Source of the DNA: Prolixibacteraceae bacterium
GTDB taxonomy: Bacteria > Bacteroidota > Bacteroidia > Bacteroidales > Prolixibacteraceae
Assembly (NCBI GenBank): GCA_025355875.1
Contig: JANXYV010000212.1
Location: 5,844 to 69,843 of the forward strand
Length of the DNA stretch: 64,000 bases
Reading direction: 5' to 3'
Below, in pieces: positions 41,488 to 50,804 of this stretch (the first letter of the stretch is position 1; the number at the start of each line of letters is the position of its first letter). The position numbers and the translations under genes are program-made. Under the pieces are notes generated by a model, which was not told the origin of the DNA, did no database searches, and was given only the letters and a program-made list of their open reading frames with translations.

Positions 41488-42177
41488 TTATTCTCCGTTA
41501 TCTTTTTCGTCCAATTCCTGTAATGTTTCGTTTAGTTTTACCATGTAACGACCATACAATTGATTGAATCCCTTGTGCAACAGGTAAAAAGTGACCGCGA
41601 GCAGAGGAATAAGTATTGCCAAACCAATCACGCAAATAAAAAATATCTTTGATAATGGCAAGTTTTCAAGGCCTCCGGCGAGTGCTCCGGCACTTAGTCT
41701 TACCCCCTCGTAAAGTCCGGCGACAAAGCTTACAAGCATATTCAAAAGCAGGATAATCACTGCCAGATAAAACATTCTTCGATAGGTTTGAATGGTGTCC
41801 AGAATTCCGGTCAGCAGATCGCGAAGTTGGGTGTCGGCCGAAAAACTTCGTTTAATTCGCAGATACCGAAGGACAAAAAACAAGTATGTAGTAACAATCA
41901 GTACATTCGAAAACACGTCCAATGGACGCAACCAGGCCGGGTATTCGACGGATCCGGGAATCATTAGTTTTGAAAAGTAAATATCATCGAGAATAATATA
42001 GGCAACAAATCCAAGCAGAACCAGCATACCTATTCGGATATTGCGGTCGATGCGCTCAACCAGCGATTTGCTCTGGTTTTTCAGCAATTCATCAATCGAA
42101 TCTTTTCCAAGCCGATGTTTGTCCATCTCCTGAGAAGAATATGTATCCCACGCCGATTTTAAATCCTTTAAATCCAT
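41488..42177 (-). CDS. Membrane protein, probable anti-sigma partner
   Basis: MDLKDLKSAW start, four TM segments, ATG directly abuts the ECF sigma stop. Confidence 0.6.
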   Translation of the reverse strand: MDLKDLKSAWDTYSSQEMDKHRLGKDSIDELLKNQSKSLVERIDRNIRIGMLVLLGFVAYIILDDIYFSKLMIPGSVEYPAWLRPLDVFSNVLIVTTYLFFVLRYLRIKRSFSADTQLRDLLTGILDTIQTYRRMFYLAVIILLLNMLVSFVAGLYEGVRLSAGALAGGLENLPLSKIFFICVIGLAILIPLLAVTFYLLHKGFNQLYGRYMVKLNETLQELDEKDNGE

Positions 42178-42666
42178 CTATCCTTCCATATTCATTAACA
42201 ATTTCAACTTCTTCTTGATCCGGTTCATCTTGACCCTGACATAATTTTGGGTGATTCCGGTAATCTCCGCGATTTCTTCGTATTTTTTGTCTTCAAGGAA
42301 CAAGAGTATGATCGATTTCTCGATGCCAGTCAGCTGCGAAACCGCCCGGTTCAGCATTCGAATCTGATCTTCTGTCCGGGTATCGTAAATCTCTTCAACC
42401 AGTTGGAGGTTCTCATACGAAATGCCTGATTTGTCGGGTTGCCGTTTGTCTTTCTTGAAACTGGTTATCGCGGTATTCAAGGCAACCCGGTACATCCAGG
42501 TCGAAAATTTCGATTCGCTTCTGAACGACGAATAGGATTTCCACAATTGCACCAATATCTCCTGAAACAGATCACGGCGGTCTTCTTCCAAATCGCAATA
42601 GATGGAACAAACCTTGTGAATGATTCCTTGATTTTCGGTGATAATCTGTAAAAACTCCTTTTCCAA
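42178..42666 (-). CDS. ECF RNA polymerase sigma factor
   Basis: DLFQEILVQLWKS, FSTWMYRVALN, YEEIAEITGITQNYVRVKMNR. Confidence 0.93.
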   Translation of the reverse strand: MEKEFLQIITENQGIIHKVCSIYCDLEEDRRDLFQEILVQLWKSYSSFRSESKFSTWMYRVALNTAITSFKKDKRQPDKSGISYENLQLVEEIYDTRTEDQIRMLNRAVSQLTGIEKSIILLFLEDKKYEEIAEITGITQNYVRVKMNRIKKKLKLLMNMEG

Positions 42667-42704
42667 CGTGTTGGTATTAGTAAGCGAAATTGAAATTCAT
42701 TACA

Positions 42705-43484
42705 TCAGCTCATTTTTAGGAAATTGATTTCCTGCGGTGACAGGAAACGATATCGGCCCCTGGGCAAATCCTTCTTGGTGAGGCCAGCAAAAAGTACCCG
42801 GTCAAGTTTTTCAACCTGATACCCCAGATGATTAAAAATTCGCCGTACGATATGGTTTTTCCCTGAATGAATCTCAATGCCGACCTGGCGGAGATCATTT
42901 GAATCAATGATTTGTATGTCATCGGCCGCAATAAAGCCATCTTCCAGCTCAATTCCTTTCCTGATTTGCTCCAAATCTTCCTGAAGAAAATCCTTATCGA
43001 GTTGTACATGGTAGATTTTTACTTTTTCATAACTCGGATGAGTCAGTTTTTTTGCCAGTTCACCATCGTTGGTAAACAGCAAAACACCGGTAGTCTGCAT
43101 ATCGAGTCTCCCGACCGGGTAAACCCGCTCCGTGCAGGCATTCTGAATCAGTTGCATTACTGTGCGTTCGGCATGAGGGTCGTCGAGAGTGGTGACAAAA
43201 CCTCGTGGTTTATTCAGCAGAAGATAAACTTTTCGCTCAGGATTCAATTGTTTTCCATCAAACCGGACATCATCATTCAGGGTAACTTTACGCCCTAATT
43301 CGGTCACCACTTCGCCATTCACCGAGACCAAACCTTCGGCAATCAATTTATCGGCATCGCGACGTGAACAAACTCCGGCATTCGAGATATATTTGTTTAA
43401 ACGGATCAATCCATCCTCAGCCGGTTCGGATGCCTGAGGTTTATTTCTGAGTACGATTATCTTTTTCTTTGGGAAGTCTTTCAA
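42705..43484 (-). CDS. rRNA pseudouridine synthase (RsuA/RluB/RluF family) with S4 domain
   Basis: RLNKYISNAGVCSRRDAD, LNKPRG, VGRLD. TTG start. Confidence 0.92.
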   Translation of the reverse strand: MKDFPKKKIIVLRNKPQASEPAEDGLIRLNKYISNAGVCSRRDADKLIAEGLVSVNGEVVTELGRKVTLNDDVRFDGKQLNPERKVYLLLNKPRGFVTTLDDPHAERTVMQLIQNACTERVYPVGRLDMQTTGVLLFTNDGELAKKLTHPSYEKVKIYHVQLDKDFLQEDLEQIRKGIELEDGFIAADDIQIIDSNDLRQVGIEIHSGKNHIVRRIFNHLGYQVEKLDRVLFAGLTKKDLPRGRYRFLSPQEINFLKMS

Positions 43485-43609
43485 TGTTTCTGATTTTGTA
43501 TTTCAGGCAAATGTCGTAAAATTTAATGAAGTTTTTGTTCGACCGGTTTACCTGAAAAGCAGTAATTGATTATTCGATAACGGCAGATACAATCCACCAT
43601 CCTTTTCCG

Positions 43610-44056
43610 TTAACCTTTTCTCTTTTCCAGGAAAAACTCTTTCACCAAAGCCGAACATTCATTTTCCATAACTCCTGAAACCACTTCGGTTTTTGGATGA
43701 AGCGCGGCAGGAGCATACTTCCTGAACCCCCGTTTTTCGTCGGAAGCGCCATAAACCACTTTGCCAATCTGCGACCAACCCAAAGCTCCGGCGCACATCG
43801 CGCAAGGTTCGAGGGTAACGTACAAGGTACATTCGTTTAGGTATTTTCCACCAAGCAAATTGGCTGCAGCAGTGATGGCTTGCATTTCAGCGTGGGCAGT
43901 CACATCATTGAGAGTCTCGGTAAGGTTATGAGTCCGGGCAATAATCCGGTTTTGCGAAACCACCACCGCGCCAACCGGGATTTCTCCATCGCGTCGTGCC
44001 AGCTCGGCATCCTGAAGCGCACGGCACATGAAATACTCGTCGTTAAAAAGTTCCAT
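43610..44056 (-). CDS. tadA: tRNA adenosine deaminase TadA family
   Basis: EIPVGAV, TAHAE, TLEPCAMC. Start moved to ATG 44056. Confidence 0.9.
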   Translation of the reverse strand: MELFNDEYFMCRALQDAELARRDGEIPVGAVVVSQNRIIARTHNLTETLNDVTAHAEMQAITAAANLLGGKYLNECTLYVTLEPCAMCAGALGWSQIGKVVYGASDEKRGFRKYAPAALHPKTEVVSGVMENECSALVKEFFLEKRKG

Positions 44057-44237
44057 CCGGAAATCAGGTAAAAAGTAAAATGGCAAATGTAAAAAGAAAA
44101 GGTGGAAACAGTTTGCAAATTATAGTCTTATTGATCTGCCTGATCCTGAAAGAAAATCAAAAAACTTCATTTCCCTTTCCCGGACTGAACGGATAATAAT
44201 TTTTGGATTACTTTAGCAAAATATTCACCAAACGGGA

Positions 44238-44948
44238 ATGACTACAAAATCAATAGAAATACAACAAGTTGGATTTGTCTCGTTTACAACCAGCGAACGC
44301 TCGAGACGAATTCGCCTGAGCATTAAATCGGATGGGGAAATCGTGGTTTCCATTCCAAGCTCCACACCTTACCGCGATGCAATCCGGTTTGTGGAGTCCA
44401 AAGCCGACTGGATACTTAAACAAAAGGCAAAAATTCAGTCCAGGACAACTCTTTTTACTCCTGAAAGTTGCTTCAAAACCAGGTTTCACCAATTAGCCAT
44501 TACCAAAGGAAATACCGATAAGGTTTACAACCGGGTTGGGAACGGGATTATTCAGGTTTTCATACCTGATCGGATCAACCATGAACAACCAAAAATTCAG
44601 GACTTTATCAAAAATACACTGGTCGATGTGATGCGATGGGAAGCCAAAGTTTACCTTCCAAAACGTTTAAAAGAACTGGCCGATAAACATGGGTTCAAAT
44701 ACCAGAATGTCAGCATAAAAAATGCATCGACCCGTTGGGGAAGTTGCTCAGCGGTGAACAACATCAACCTGAACCTTCATTTGATGCGGGTTCCTGAACA
44801 CTTGATTGATTACGTTCTTTTACACGAACTGGTGCATACGGTGGTAAAGAATCATGGCGAAAAATTTTGGTTATTGCTAGAACAATGCTATCCGGACGCC
44901 CGGAAAGCCGATAAGGAAATGAACAGCTTCCGAACACAAACTTTTTAA
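44238..44948 (+). CDS. YgjP/M48-like (SprT-type zincin) protein
   Basis: RWGSCS, DYVLLHELVH, NHGEKFW. Confidence 0.88.
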   Translation: MTTKSIEIQQVGFVSFTTSERSRRIRLSIKSDGEIVVSIPSSTPYRDAIRFVESKADWILKQKAKIQSRTTLFTPESCFKTRFHQLAITKGNTDKVYNRVGNGIIQVFIPDRINHEQPKIQDFIKNTLVDVMRWEAKVYLPKRLKELADKHGFKYQNVSIKNASTRWGSCSAVNNINLNLHLMRVPEHLIDYVLLHELVHTVVKNHGEKFWLLLEQCYPDARKADKEMNSFRTQTF

Positions 44949-44962
44949 ATACAAATCCCCGA

Positions 44963-46300
44963 ATGAATTGGAACCAGCTTATATCTACCACCCGGTTGGG
45001 TCAGGAGGAACTTGCCACAGAAGAAAATAAACATAGCAGAACTCAGTTTCAGCGCGATTATGACCGAATCATATTCTCATCCCCCTTCCGGAGGTTGCAG
45101 AACAAAACCCAGGTTTTCCCGCTTCCCGGGAGTGTATTTGTACACAACCGGCTGACCCACAGTCTGGAAGTAGCAAGTGTTGGCCGTTCACTGGGAAGTA
45201 TGTTCCTCGAGAAGTGTGAAACCGAAAAAACGAACATCCAAAACCCGCTTTTTCAGGAAATCGGATCGGTCATTTCAGCGGCGTGCCTGGCGCACGACAT
45301 GGGCAATCCACCTTTCGGACATTCCGGGGAGGATGCCATCGCCCAATTTTTTAACAGAAGCACCGAACCCCGGTTGAGAAATGAACTTAGTGAAGCACAA
45401 TTCCGCGATTTTACGCAGTTCGACGGAAATGCAAATGCTTTTCGGCTATTGAGCCATCAGTTCACCGGTCGTCGGCAGGGAGGTTTTGCACTCACCTATA
45501 CCACTCTGGCCTCCATCGTAAAATATCCCTTTGAGAGTTTGTTGACTGAAAAGCCCAAATTTGGCTTCTTTCAGTCGGAAAAAGATCTTTTTGCCCGGAT
45601 CGCCGGCGAACTGGGATTGATCCAGACAAACGTAAGTCCTGCAAAGTATGTCAGGCACCCATTGGTATTTCTGGTCGAGGCTGCTGACGACATTTGTTAC
45701 CAACTGATGGACCTGGAAGACGCACACAAGCTGAAGATCCATAACTTTGAGGAAACATCCGGTTTGCTTATGCAGTTTTTCGATCAGCAGACAGAAATGA
45801 AACAGATTTTCCGGATAAAGGAAACCCTCGGGCTGGTTGCTGACCCGAACGAACAGATTGCTTATCTGCGCGCTAGCGTGATCGGGAAATTAGTCAAACA
45901 ATGTGTTGAAGTTTTCATTGAAAAACAAGATGAAATTTTAGCCGGTAGTTTTCAGGAAGCCCTGATTGATCATGTTCATCCAACAACCCTGGCAGCACTG
46001 GATGAAATCCAGGAAATCAGCGTCAATAATATTTATAACGACCGCTCGGTGGTCGAAATCGAGATTTCAGGATATCAGATCATTGGCACTTTACTCGAAG
46101 TTTTTATTGATGCGACCCTGAATCCGGAACAAGGGTTCTCAAAAAAACTAATCCAGCTGATGCCCGATCAATATGGCGAGAATCATGAATCAACCTACGA
46201 GAAAGTACAATCGGTCGTTGATTTTGTATCTGGCATGACCGACTTGTACGCGCTCGACTTGTACCGAAAAATTAAAGGCATCAATATTCCGGGAATTTAA
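44963..46300 (+). CDS. dgt: dGTP triphosphohydrolase
   Basis: FQRDYDRIIFS..FRRLQNKTQVF, HNRLTHSLEV, AHDMGNPPFGHSGE, FDGNAN, EAADDICY. Confidence 0.95.
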   Translation: MNWNQLISTTRLGQEELATEENKHSRTQFQRDYDRIIFSSPFRRLQNKTQVFPLPGSVFVHNRLTHSLEVASVGRSLGSMFLEKCETEKTNIQNPLFQEIGSVISAACLAHDMGNPPFGHSGEDAIAQFFNRSTEPRLRNELSEAQFRDFTQFDGNANAFRLLSHQFTGRRQGGFALTYTTLASIVKYPFESLLTEKPKFGFFQSEKDLFARIAGELGLIQTNVSPAKYVRHPLVFLVEAADDICYQLMDLEDAHKLKIHNFEETSGLLMQFFDQQTEMKQIFRIKETLGLVADPNEQIAYLRASVIGKLVKQCVEVFIEKQDEILAGSFQEALIDHVHPTTLAALDEIQEISVNNIYNDRSVVEIEISGYQIIGTLLEVFIDATLNPEQGFSKKLIQLMPDQYGENHESTYEKVQSVVDFVSGMTDLYALDLYRKIKGINIPGI

Positions 46301-46360
46301 TCTTAACCCAATTCATGTGTTGACTTCAAACTCAGCCTGAGAATTCATAAACTAAAAAAA

Positions 46361-46582
46361 ATGAAGACCAAATTTGACCAGTTTGAAAACGACCGCATGA
46401 TCGATGATCCGGTCAATTACAAATGGGGAATCTTCTATTTTAATCCGAAAGACCGCCGGATTGTGGTTCCAAAACGTTCCAGGGTCATGGGATGGACCCT
46501 GAATTTTGCCAATATTTATACATATCTACTCCTTTTCGGACTAATTTTAATTGGATTGATATATGTCTACCTGAACAAATAA
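46361..46582 (+). CDS. DUF5808-like small membrane protein
   Basis: YKWGIFYFNPKDRRIVVPKR..MGWTLNFAN. Confidence 0.75.
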   Translation: MKTKFDQFENDRMIDDPVNYKWGIFYFNPKDRRIVVPKRSRVMGWTLNFANIYTYLLLFGLILIGLIYVYLNK

Positions 46583-46757
46583 ATCGCTGAAGTCCTCGCC
46601 AGACAACACTTTCAGGAATTATCAATAAAATATTCCTGAACGTGAAATGATAAAAATTCTTAATAAACCTAAATTTCAGGTACTTGGCTTTTTTTTATAA
46701 CAACATTTTAACGACATTTATCGTTCTATTTATATTACTCACCAGAAGGAGAAGATT

Positions 46758-47267
46758 ATGGTCGCGGCGCTTAAAATTATTCAGGTTTTTTTGTTGGCAA
46801 CAGTAAAATACGTACTCACATTTCCTTTTGCCATTCTGATTGGACTTAATATTAAGCAGACCATCATTTCAGTTACTTTAGGCGGGATTGTCGGGTTTTT
46901 CTTTTTTTATCATTTCAGTGGTTTTGCCATTCGCAACTTTCATCACTTTAAAACATTCCTGAAGAAACACCTTCCCCTGTCGATTCATATCAGTTACCGC
47001 CGTTTGGCATTCTGGCGCAGAAAACATACTGGCGAACTGGTTTTTAGTCGCCGGAATAGGTTCATTGCTCGTTTCCGTGCCAAATTCGGATTACCCGGAA
47101 TTGTCATTTTGTCGCCGGTTATTTTAAGCATTCCAATTGGTGCCTTTTTACTCCACAAATACTACTCAAAACACAAATTTGCCATGCCCTATATGGTTTT
47201 GTCAATTCTGAGCTGGACCGCTGTTTTTATTGCCTTTGCTCTCATTTTTCCAAACCTCGTGAAATAA
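46758..47267 (+). CDS. Hypothetical membrane protein
   Basis: Several hydrophobic segments, FGLPGIVILSPVILSIPIG. Confidence 0.65.
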   Translation: MVAALKIIQVFLLATVKYVLTFPFAILIGLNIKQTIISVTLGGIVGFFFFYHFSGFAIRNFHHFKTFLKKHLPLSIHISYRRLAFWRRKHTGELVFSRRNRFIARFRAKFGLPGIVILSPVILSIPIGAFLLHKYYSKHKFAMPYMVLSILSWTAVFIAFALIFPNLVK

Positions 47268-47286
47268 AGTCATTTCATTTTTCAGG

Positions 47287-47703
47287 TTAACCATTTTTCA
47301 TATTTTCCTGCACTATCAATCTCAAGCTTTCCTGATTCTGAATAATCAATTCCCGATCGGCATGCGACCAATCGATAGTTTGCCAATTGTCGAAGCTGAA
47401 CCACTGTTCCGCAAGGTGCTCCGTCAGGAAAATTTCTCCGGAAACTATTTCACAGATAAAGGCAGCCAGCCTGATTTGCTTGCTCCCATAGTCAAATTCG
47501 ATCGATTCGATCTGAGATAAAACAGTGACCTTTACCGACAATTCTTCCACAATTTCCCGCTGAATACATTGCTGAGCGGTCTCATCCGGATAAATCTTTC
47601 CTCCGGGAAATTCCCACTGATAGGGATGACTACTTTCCGGACCTCGCTGAACCGCCAGGATTTTGGCATCTTTTAAGATAATGGCACAACATACATCAAT
47701 CAT
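47287..47703 (-). CDS. MutT-like NUDIX hydrolase
   Basis: WEFPGGKIYPDETAQQCIQREIVEEL Nudix box. Confidence 0.88.
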   Translation of the reverse strand: MIDVCCAIILKDAKILAVQRGPESSHPYQWEFPGGKIYPDETAQQCIQREIVEELSVKVTVLSQIESIEFDYGSKQIRLAAFICEIVSGEIFLTEHLAEQWFSFDNWQTIDWSHADRELIIQNQESLRLIVQENMKNG

Positions 47704-47860
47704 TTCACACGTTTAAAATACATTGGTAAAGAAGGCGATTTTTTGCTTTGAGATAAACAGTCCAAATTTTAGGAAAAAGGAATCAGAAAAAGGATGTCGG
47801 GTTTCATTTTTTCGGCAAAGTTGATTTACTTTTATGGCATAGAAACCAAACAATCCAGAC

Positions 47861-48406
47861 ATGATTGCTGAAAATGAAGTTCAACTATGGATTCAATCCT
47901 GGGAAAACCTGGCCTTGTTGGTAAAGTATGTTGCAGATTATCCGGAGTATTTGGATGCAATTATGGCCAAAGCATTGGACGATAGTCAGCCTGAAAACTG
48001 GCGTGCAGCCTGGATGGTTGACAAAATTCACGACAAATATCCCGAATTGGTCCTTCCCTACTTCCCGGCAATAACCGAGTTTTTATTTACTACACAAAAT
48101 GCTGGCAAGAAACGGCATTTTCTGAAATTGATCAGTTTGCACGAAATCCCTGAAGAAAACATGGCTTTCATGTTAAACTTTAGCATCGAAGTATTCACAA
48201 ATGCTGCCGAACCAATTGCTGTACGGGTACATGCGATGCAGATACTTTTCAATATTGCCAGGAAAGAACCTGATTTTGTAGGCGAACTCATCGAAATAAT
48301 TGAACATGAGATTGAATTTCACGGTTCGTCCGGGATAGCTTCGAGAGGAAGAAAATTGGTCGCCAAATTACGCAAAATGATTATTGACAGATATTTGACT
48401 CTTTAA
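47861..48406 (+). CDS. Conserved hypothetical alpha-helical (HEAT/ARM-like) protein
   Basis: WRAAWMVD, AVRVHAMQIL; helical repeats by eye. Confidence 0.6.
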   Translation: MIAENEVQLWIQSWENLALLVKYVADYPEYLDAIMAKALDDSQPENWRAAWMVDKIHDKYPELVLPYFPAITEFLFTTQNAGKKRHFLKLISLHEIPEENMAFMLNFSIEVFTNAAEPIAVRVHAMQILFNIARKEPDFVGELIEIIEHEIEFHGSSGIASRGRKLVAKLRKMIIDRYLTL

Positions 48407-48494
48407 CGTCGGACAACAAATGCAGCTGAAATTAAACATTCTGAACAGAAAGGAAATTTTACCCACAAAACAGAGTCTGAAAAAATAATTTTTA

Positions 48495-48502
48495 TATTTT
48501 TG
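48495..48502 (+). promoter_or_regulatory. Bacteroidota -7 element for the tRNA operon
   Basis: TATTTTTG matches TAnnTTTG, about 30 nt upstream of the first tRNA-Gln. Confidence 0.55.
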
Positions 48503-48533
48503 CACCGTCTTTATCGAAAAGACAACTAAGGAT

Positions 48534-48606
48534 TGACCCATGGTGTAATTGGCAACACAACTGATTTTGGTTCAGTAGAGTCTAAGTTCGAGCCTTAGTG
48601 GGTCAA
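48534..48606 (+). tRNA. tRNA-Gln(TTG)
   Basis: Acceptor TGACCCA/TGGGTCA, D-arm TGGTGTAATTGGCAACAC, anticodon arm ACTGA-TTTTGGT-TCAGT, T-loop GTTCGAG. Confidence 0.95.
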
Positions 48607-48666
48607 CAAAAAAAAACGATCAATCTTTGCCCCGGCAAATAGATATTTGTTTTACAGCTTGAAAAT

Positions 48667-48739
48667 TGTCCTGTGGTGTAATTGGCAACACGTCTGATTC
48701 TGGATCAGAAGAGTTTAGGTTCGAAACCTAACAGGACAA
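48667..48739 (+). tRNA. tRNA-Gln(CTG)
   Basis: Acceptor TGTCCTG/CAGGACA, anticodon arm TCTGA-TTCTGGA-TCAGA, T-loop GTTCGAA. Confidence 0.95.
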
Positions 48740-48748
48740 CTGAAAATC

Positions 48749-48784
48749 AAAGAGTTGCAAGAGTAAAAACTTGCAACTCTTTTT
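48749..48784 (+). terminator. 13-bp perfect hairpin after the tRNA (terminator or att-associated)
   Basis: AAAGAGTTGCAAG-agtaaaaa-CTTGCAACTCTTT followed by T's. Confidence 0.75.
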
Positions 48785-48948
48785 ATTTGCATACAATTTG
48801 CATATAAAATCAATCAAAAGGAGTTATTGAGAATATCAAAAGCAAATATCTCTTAGTGAAAAGTGATTGAATAATTTTGTTTTGAAGACATTTTCAGTTG
48901 AAAAATCAGATGATTCAAGTCTTAGAATTTAATACAGACATTTAGACC

Positions 48949-50739
48949 TTACCGATAATTCAGGATTAACTCATTGAGACACTTTCTAACTTGCTCACGA
49001 CAGAGTTGTGCTGCCTCTTTGTTTAAAATATATGGATGAGCAGCTTTACGACGAAAATCTTCATTTATGGCTTCAATTTGTTTTAAATACTGCTGATCAA
49101 GTACTCTTTCTTCAAAGTATCCAAAAATGAAATCTCTAAAATCCATTAGAAGAGGACTTCGTTGTAAAGTTTTGCCATTTATTTCTAATAAAGTGAGTAT
49201 GAAAGACATTTGGCCAAGCGTATAATCAATATCACGTTTTTGAAGTTTCTTGGCAAATTGCCCGGTCTTACTGTCATTCAATTCATTTTTTATTATGGAA
49301 TCCATTTCAGACATTCTCTTAAGTACGTTTTCAGTATAAACGACAAATAACTTACTAAGAAGCTCATTTTCAAGTGCTCGACAATACTGAATAATAAAAG
49401 GTGAATAGTCTTCAGTTTGACTATTAACTATACCATCAAATATCATTTCTGCCTGAGGAAGGAAAATTTGACTTTCCTTTTCTAGACTTTCCCAATTTGT
49501 GAGCCAAGAACAAACAACTGTAATATATTCATTAAGTGATACTTTTGATATTGATGAACTAATCCATTGTTCCATCAAGTTGATTACTCCTTCAACTTGG
49601 TCGTCAGATGCATTATCAGGAATATCCATCAATTTCTTAAGATCGACTATATATTTTGTGAGCGTCTTCACTTCATTTTGTAATTTCGCTATTTCATGAA
49701 CGCTTGCTAAGATGTCTTGATAGTTACTGTAAATAACAGGTTGAGAAAGAACATCATTTTCACTAATAAAACTGTAATCTTTTCCAGAACTCAAATTACA
49801 AGTTGATTCTAATCGTTGTAATGCTATTTGCTGTGTCTCTTTTGAGCTTTCAACGCCCCACCAATTACGTCCTAACTGGTATGCTGAAACAAGAGTTGTA
49901 CCAGAACCCATAAAAGGATCAAGAACTTGATCTCCAGGATTAGATGCTAATTCAATAATTCTTTTTAAAAGTGCTATGGGCTTCTGACCTGAAATTATTG
50001 TGCGTTCGTCTGATTTAATGAGTGTAGGGATATCATCCCATGTAGTACCTAACTCAATTCCTGCATTATCGGATAAATATTGCTTCATACGTGGCAATCC
50101 ACCTTTTGTCGAAAAATATATTCTGTCCTCTTTTTCTAAAGCATCCATTTTGTCCTGAGAAAACCTCCAAGATCGCTTTGTAGGAGGCCTAAACCCACGC
50201 CATGCAAACTGAGCGTTGGGACGGTCAAAGGGAAATGTTAGATCCACCAGCAGAAATTGTCCATGAGGGTCAGAAAGATTATAACGTGATTTTTCATCTG
50301 GCGATAATGGCCTAAAAATAGGATTATAAATCGGCTGAGAGGATTTGTTATAAACAATAAGAATTTCGTTGTCAATCTTAGGTGATCCTTTGCTTGTGAT
50401 ATGTCTGGATTTCCTAACCAATGTTATCTCATATCGAGGTTGGTCTCCAAAAGCTTGATTAATAATCAAGCGAATATCAATTGTTGAAGTTAGAGACCAG
50501 TGGACAAATAAACTTCCCTGTTCGGTCAGAATTCGGTGTATTTGTTGAACATTCTTAGCTACCAATCCAATATATTCATTTTCGCCATCTTTACTATACT
50601 TAAAATTCGGAGAGTTATGCCAACTTTGGATATTCCATGGTGGATCAAAGTAAACCAGCGCAACGGACTGATCAGGTAACCTTTCAAGCAAGCTTAAGGA
50701 ATCACTGTGAAAAATAGCATTTGTTCCAGTTTTTATCAT
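48949..50739 (-). CDS. Beta-class DNA amino-methyltransferase fused to a C-terminal HEPN-like domain
   Basis: DPPW (aa 32-35), QKP..LL.RII, DPFMGSGT (aa 274 onward); coiled coil from about aa 347; ALENELLSK and RRKAAH (aa 563-568). Confidence 0.75.
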   Translation of the reverse strand: MIKTGTNAIFHSDSLSLLERLPDQSVALVYFDPPWNIQSWHNSPNFKYSKDGENEYIGLVAKNVQQIHRILTEQGSLFVHWSLTSTIDIRLIINQAFGDQPRYEITLVRKSRHITSKGSPKIDNEILIVYNKSSQPIYNPIFRPLSPDEKSRYNLSDPHGQFLLVDLTFPFDRPNAQFAWRGFRPPTKRSWRFSQDKMDALEKEDRIYFSTKGGLPRMKQYLSDNAGIELGTTWDDIPTLIKSDERTIISGQKPIALLKRIIELASNPGDQVLDPFMGSGTTLVSAYQLGRNWWGVESSKETQQIALQRLESTCNLSSGKDYSFISENDVLSQPVIYSNYQDILASVHEIAKLQNEVKTLTKYIVDLKKLMDIPDNASDDQVEGVINLMEQWISSSISKVSLNEYITVVCSWLTNWESLEKESQIFLPQAEMIFDGIVNSQTEDYSPFIIQYCRALENELLSKLFVVYTENVLKRMSEMDSIIKNELNDSKTGQFAKKLQKRDIDYTLGQMSFILTLLEINGKTLQRSPLLMDFRDFIFGYFEERVLDQQYLKQIEAINEDFRRKAAHPYILNKEAAQLCREQVRKCLNELILNYR

Positions 50740-50804
50740 TTTAGTTTTTATCAGTAAAACTATTAATTAGGCAGAATATATTTTCGTAATCATAGGAATA
50801 CCTT

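Noticed and set aside
43610-47703. Cluster of deaminase, YgjP, dGTPase and MutT as a nucleotide-depletion defence locus
   Set aside because: All look like ordinary housekeeping orthologues, with host-like composition and mixed orientation, and lie outside the island boundary.
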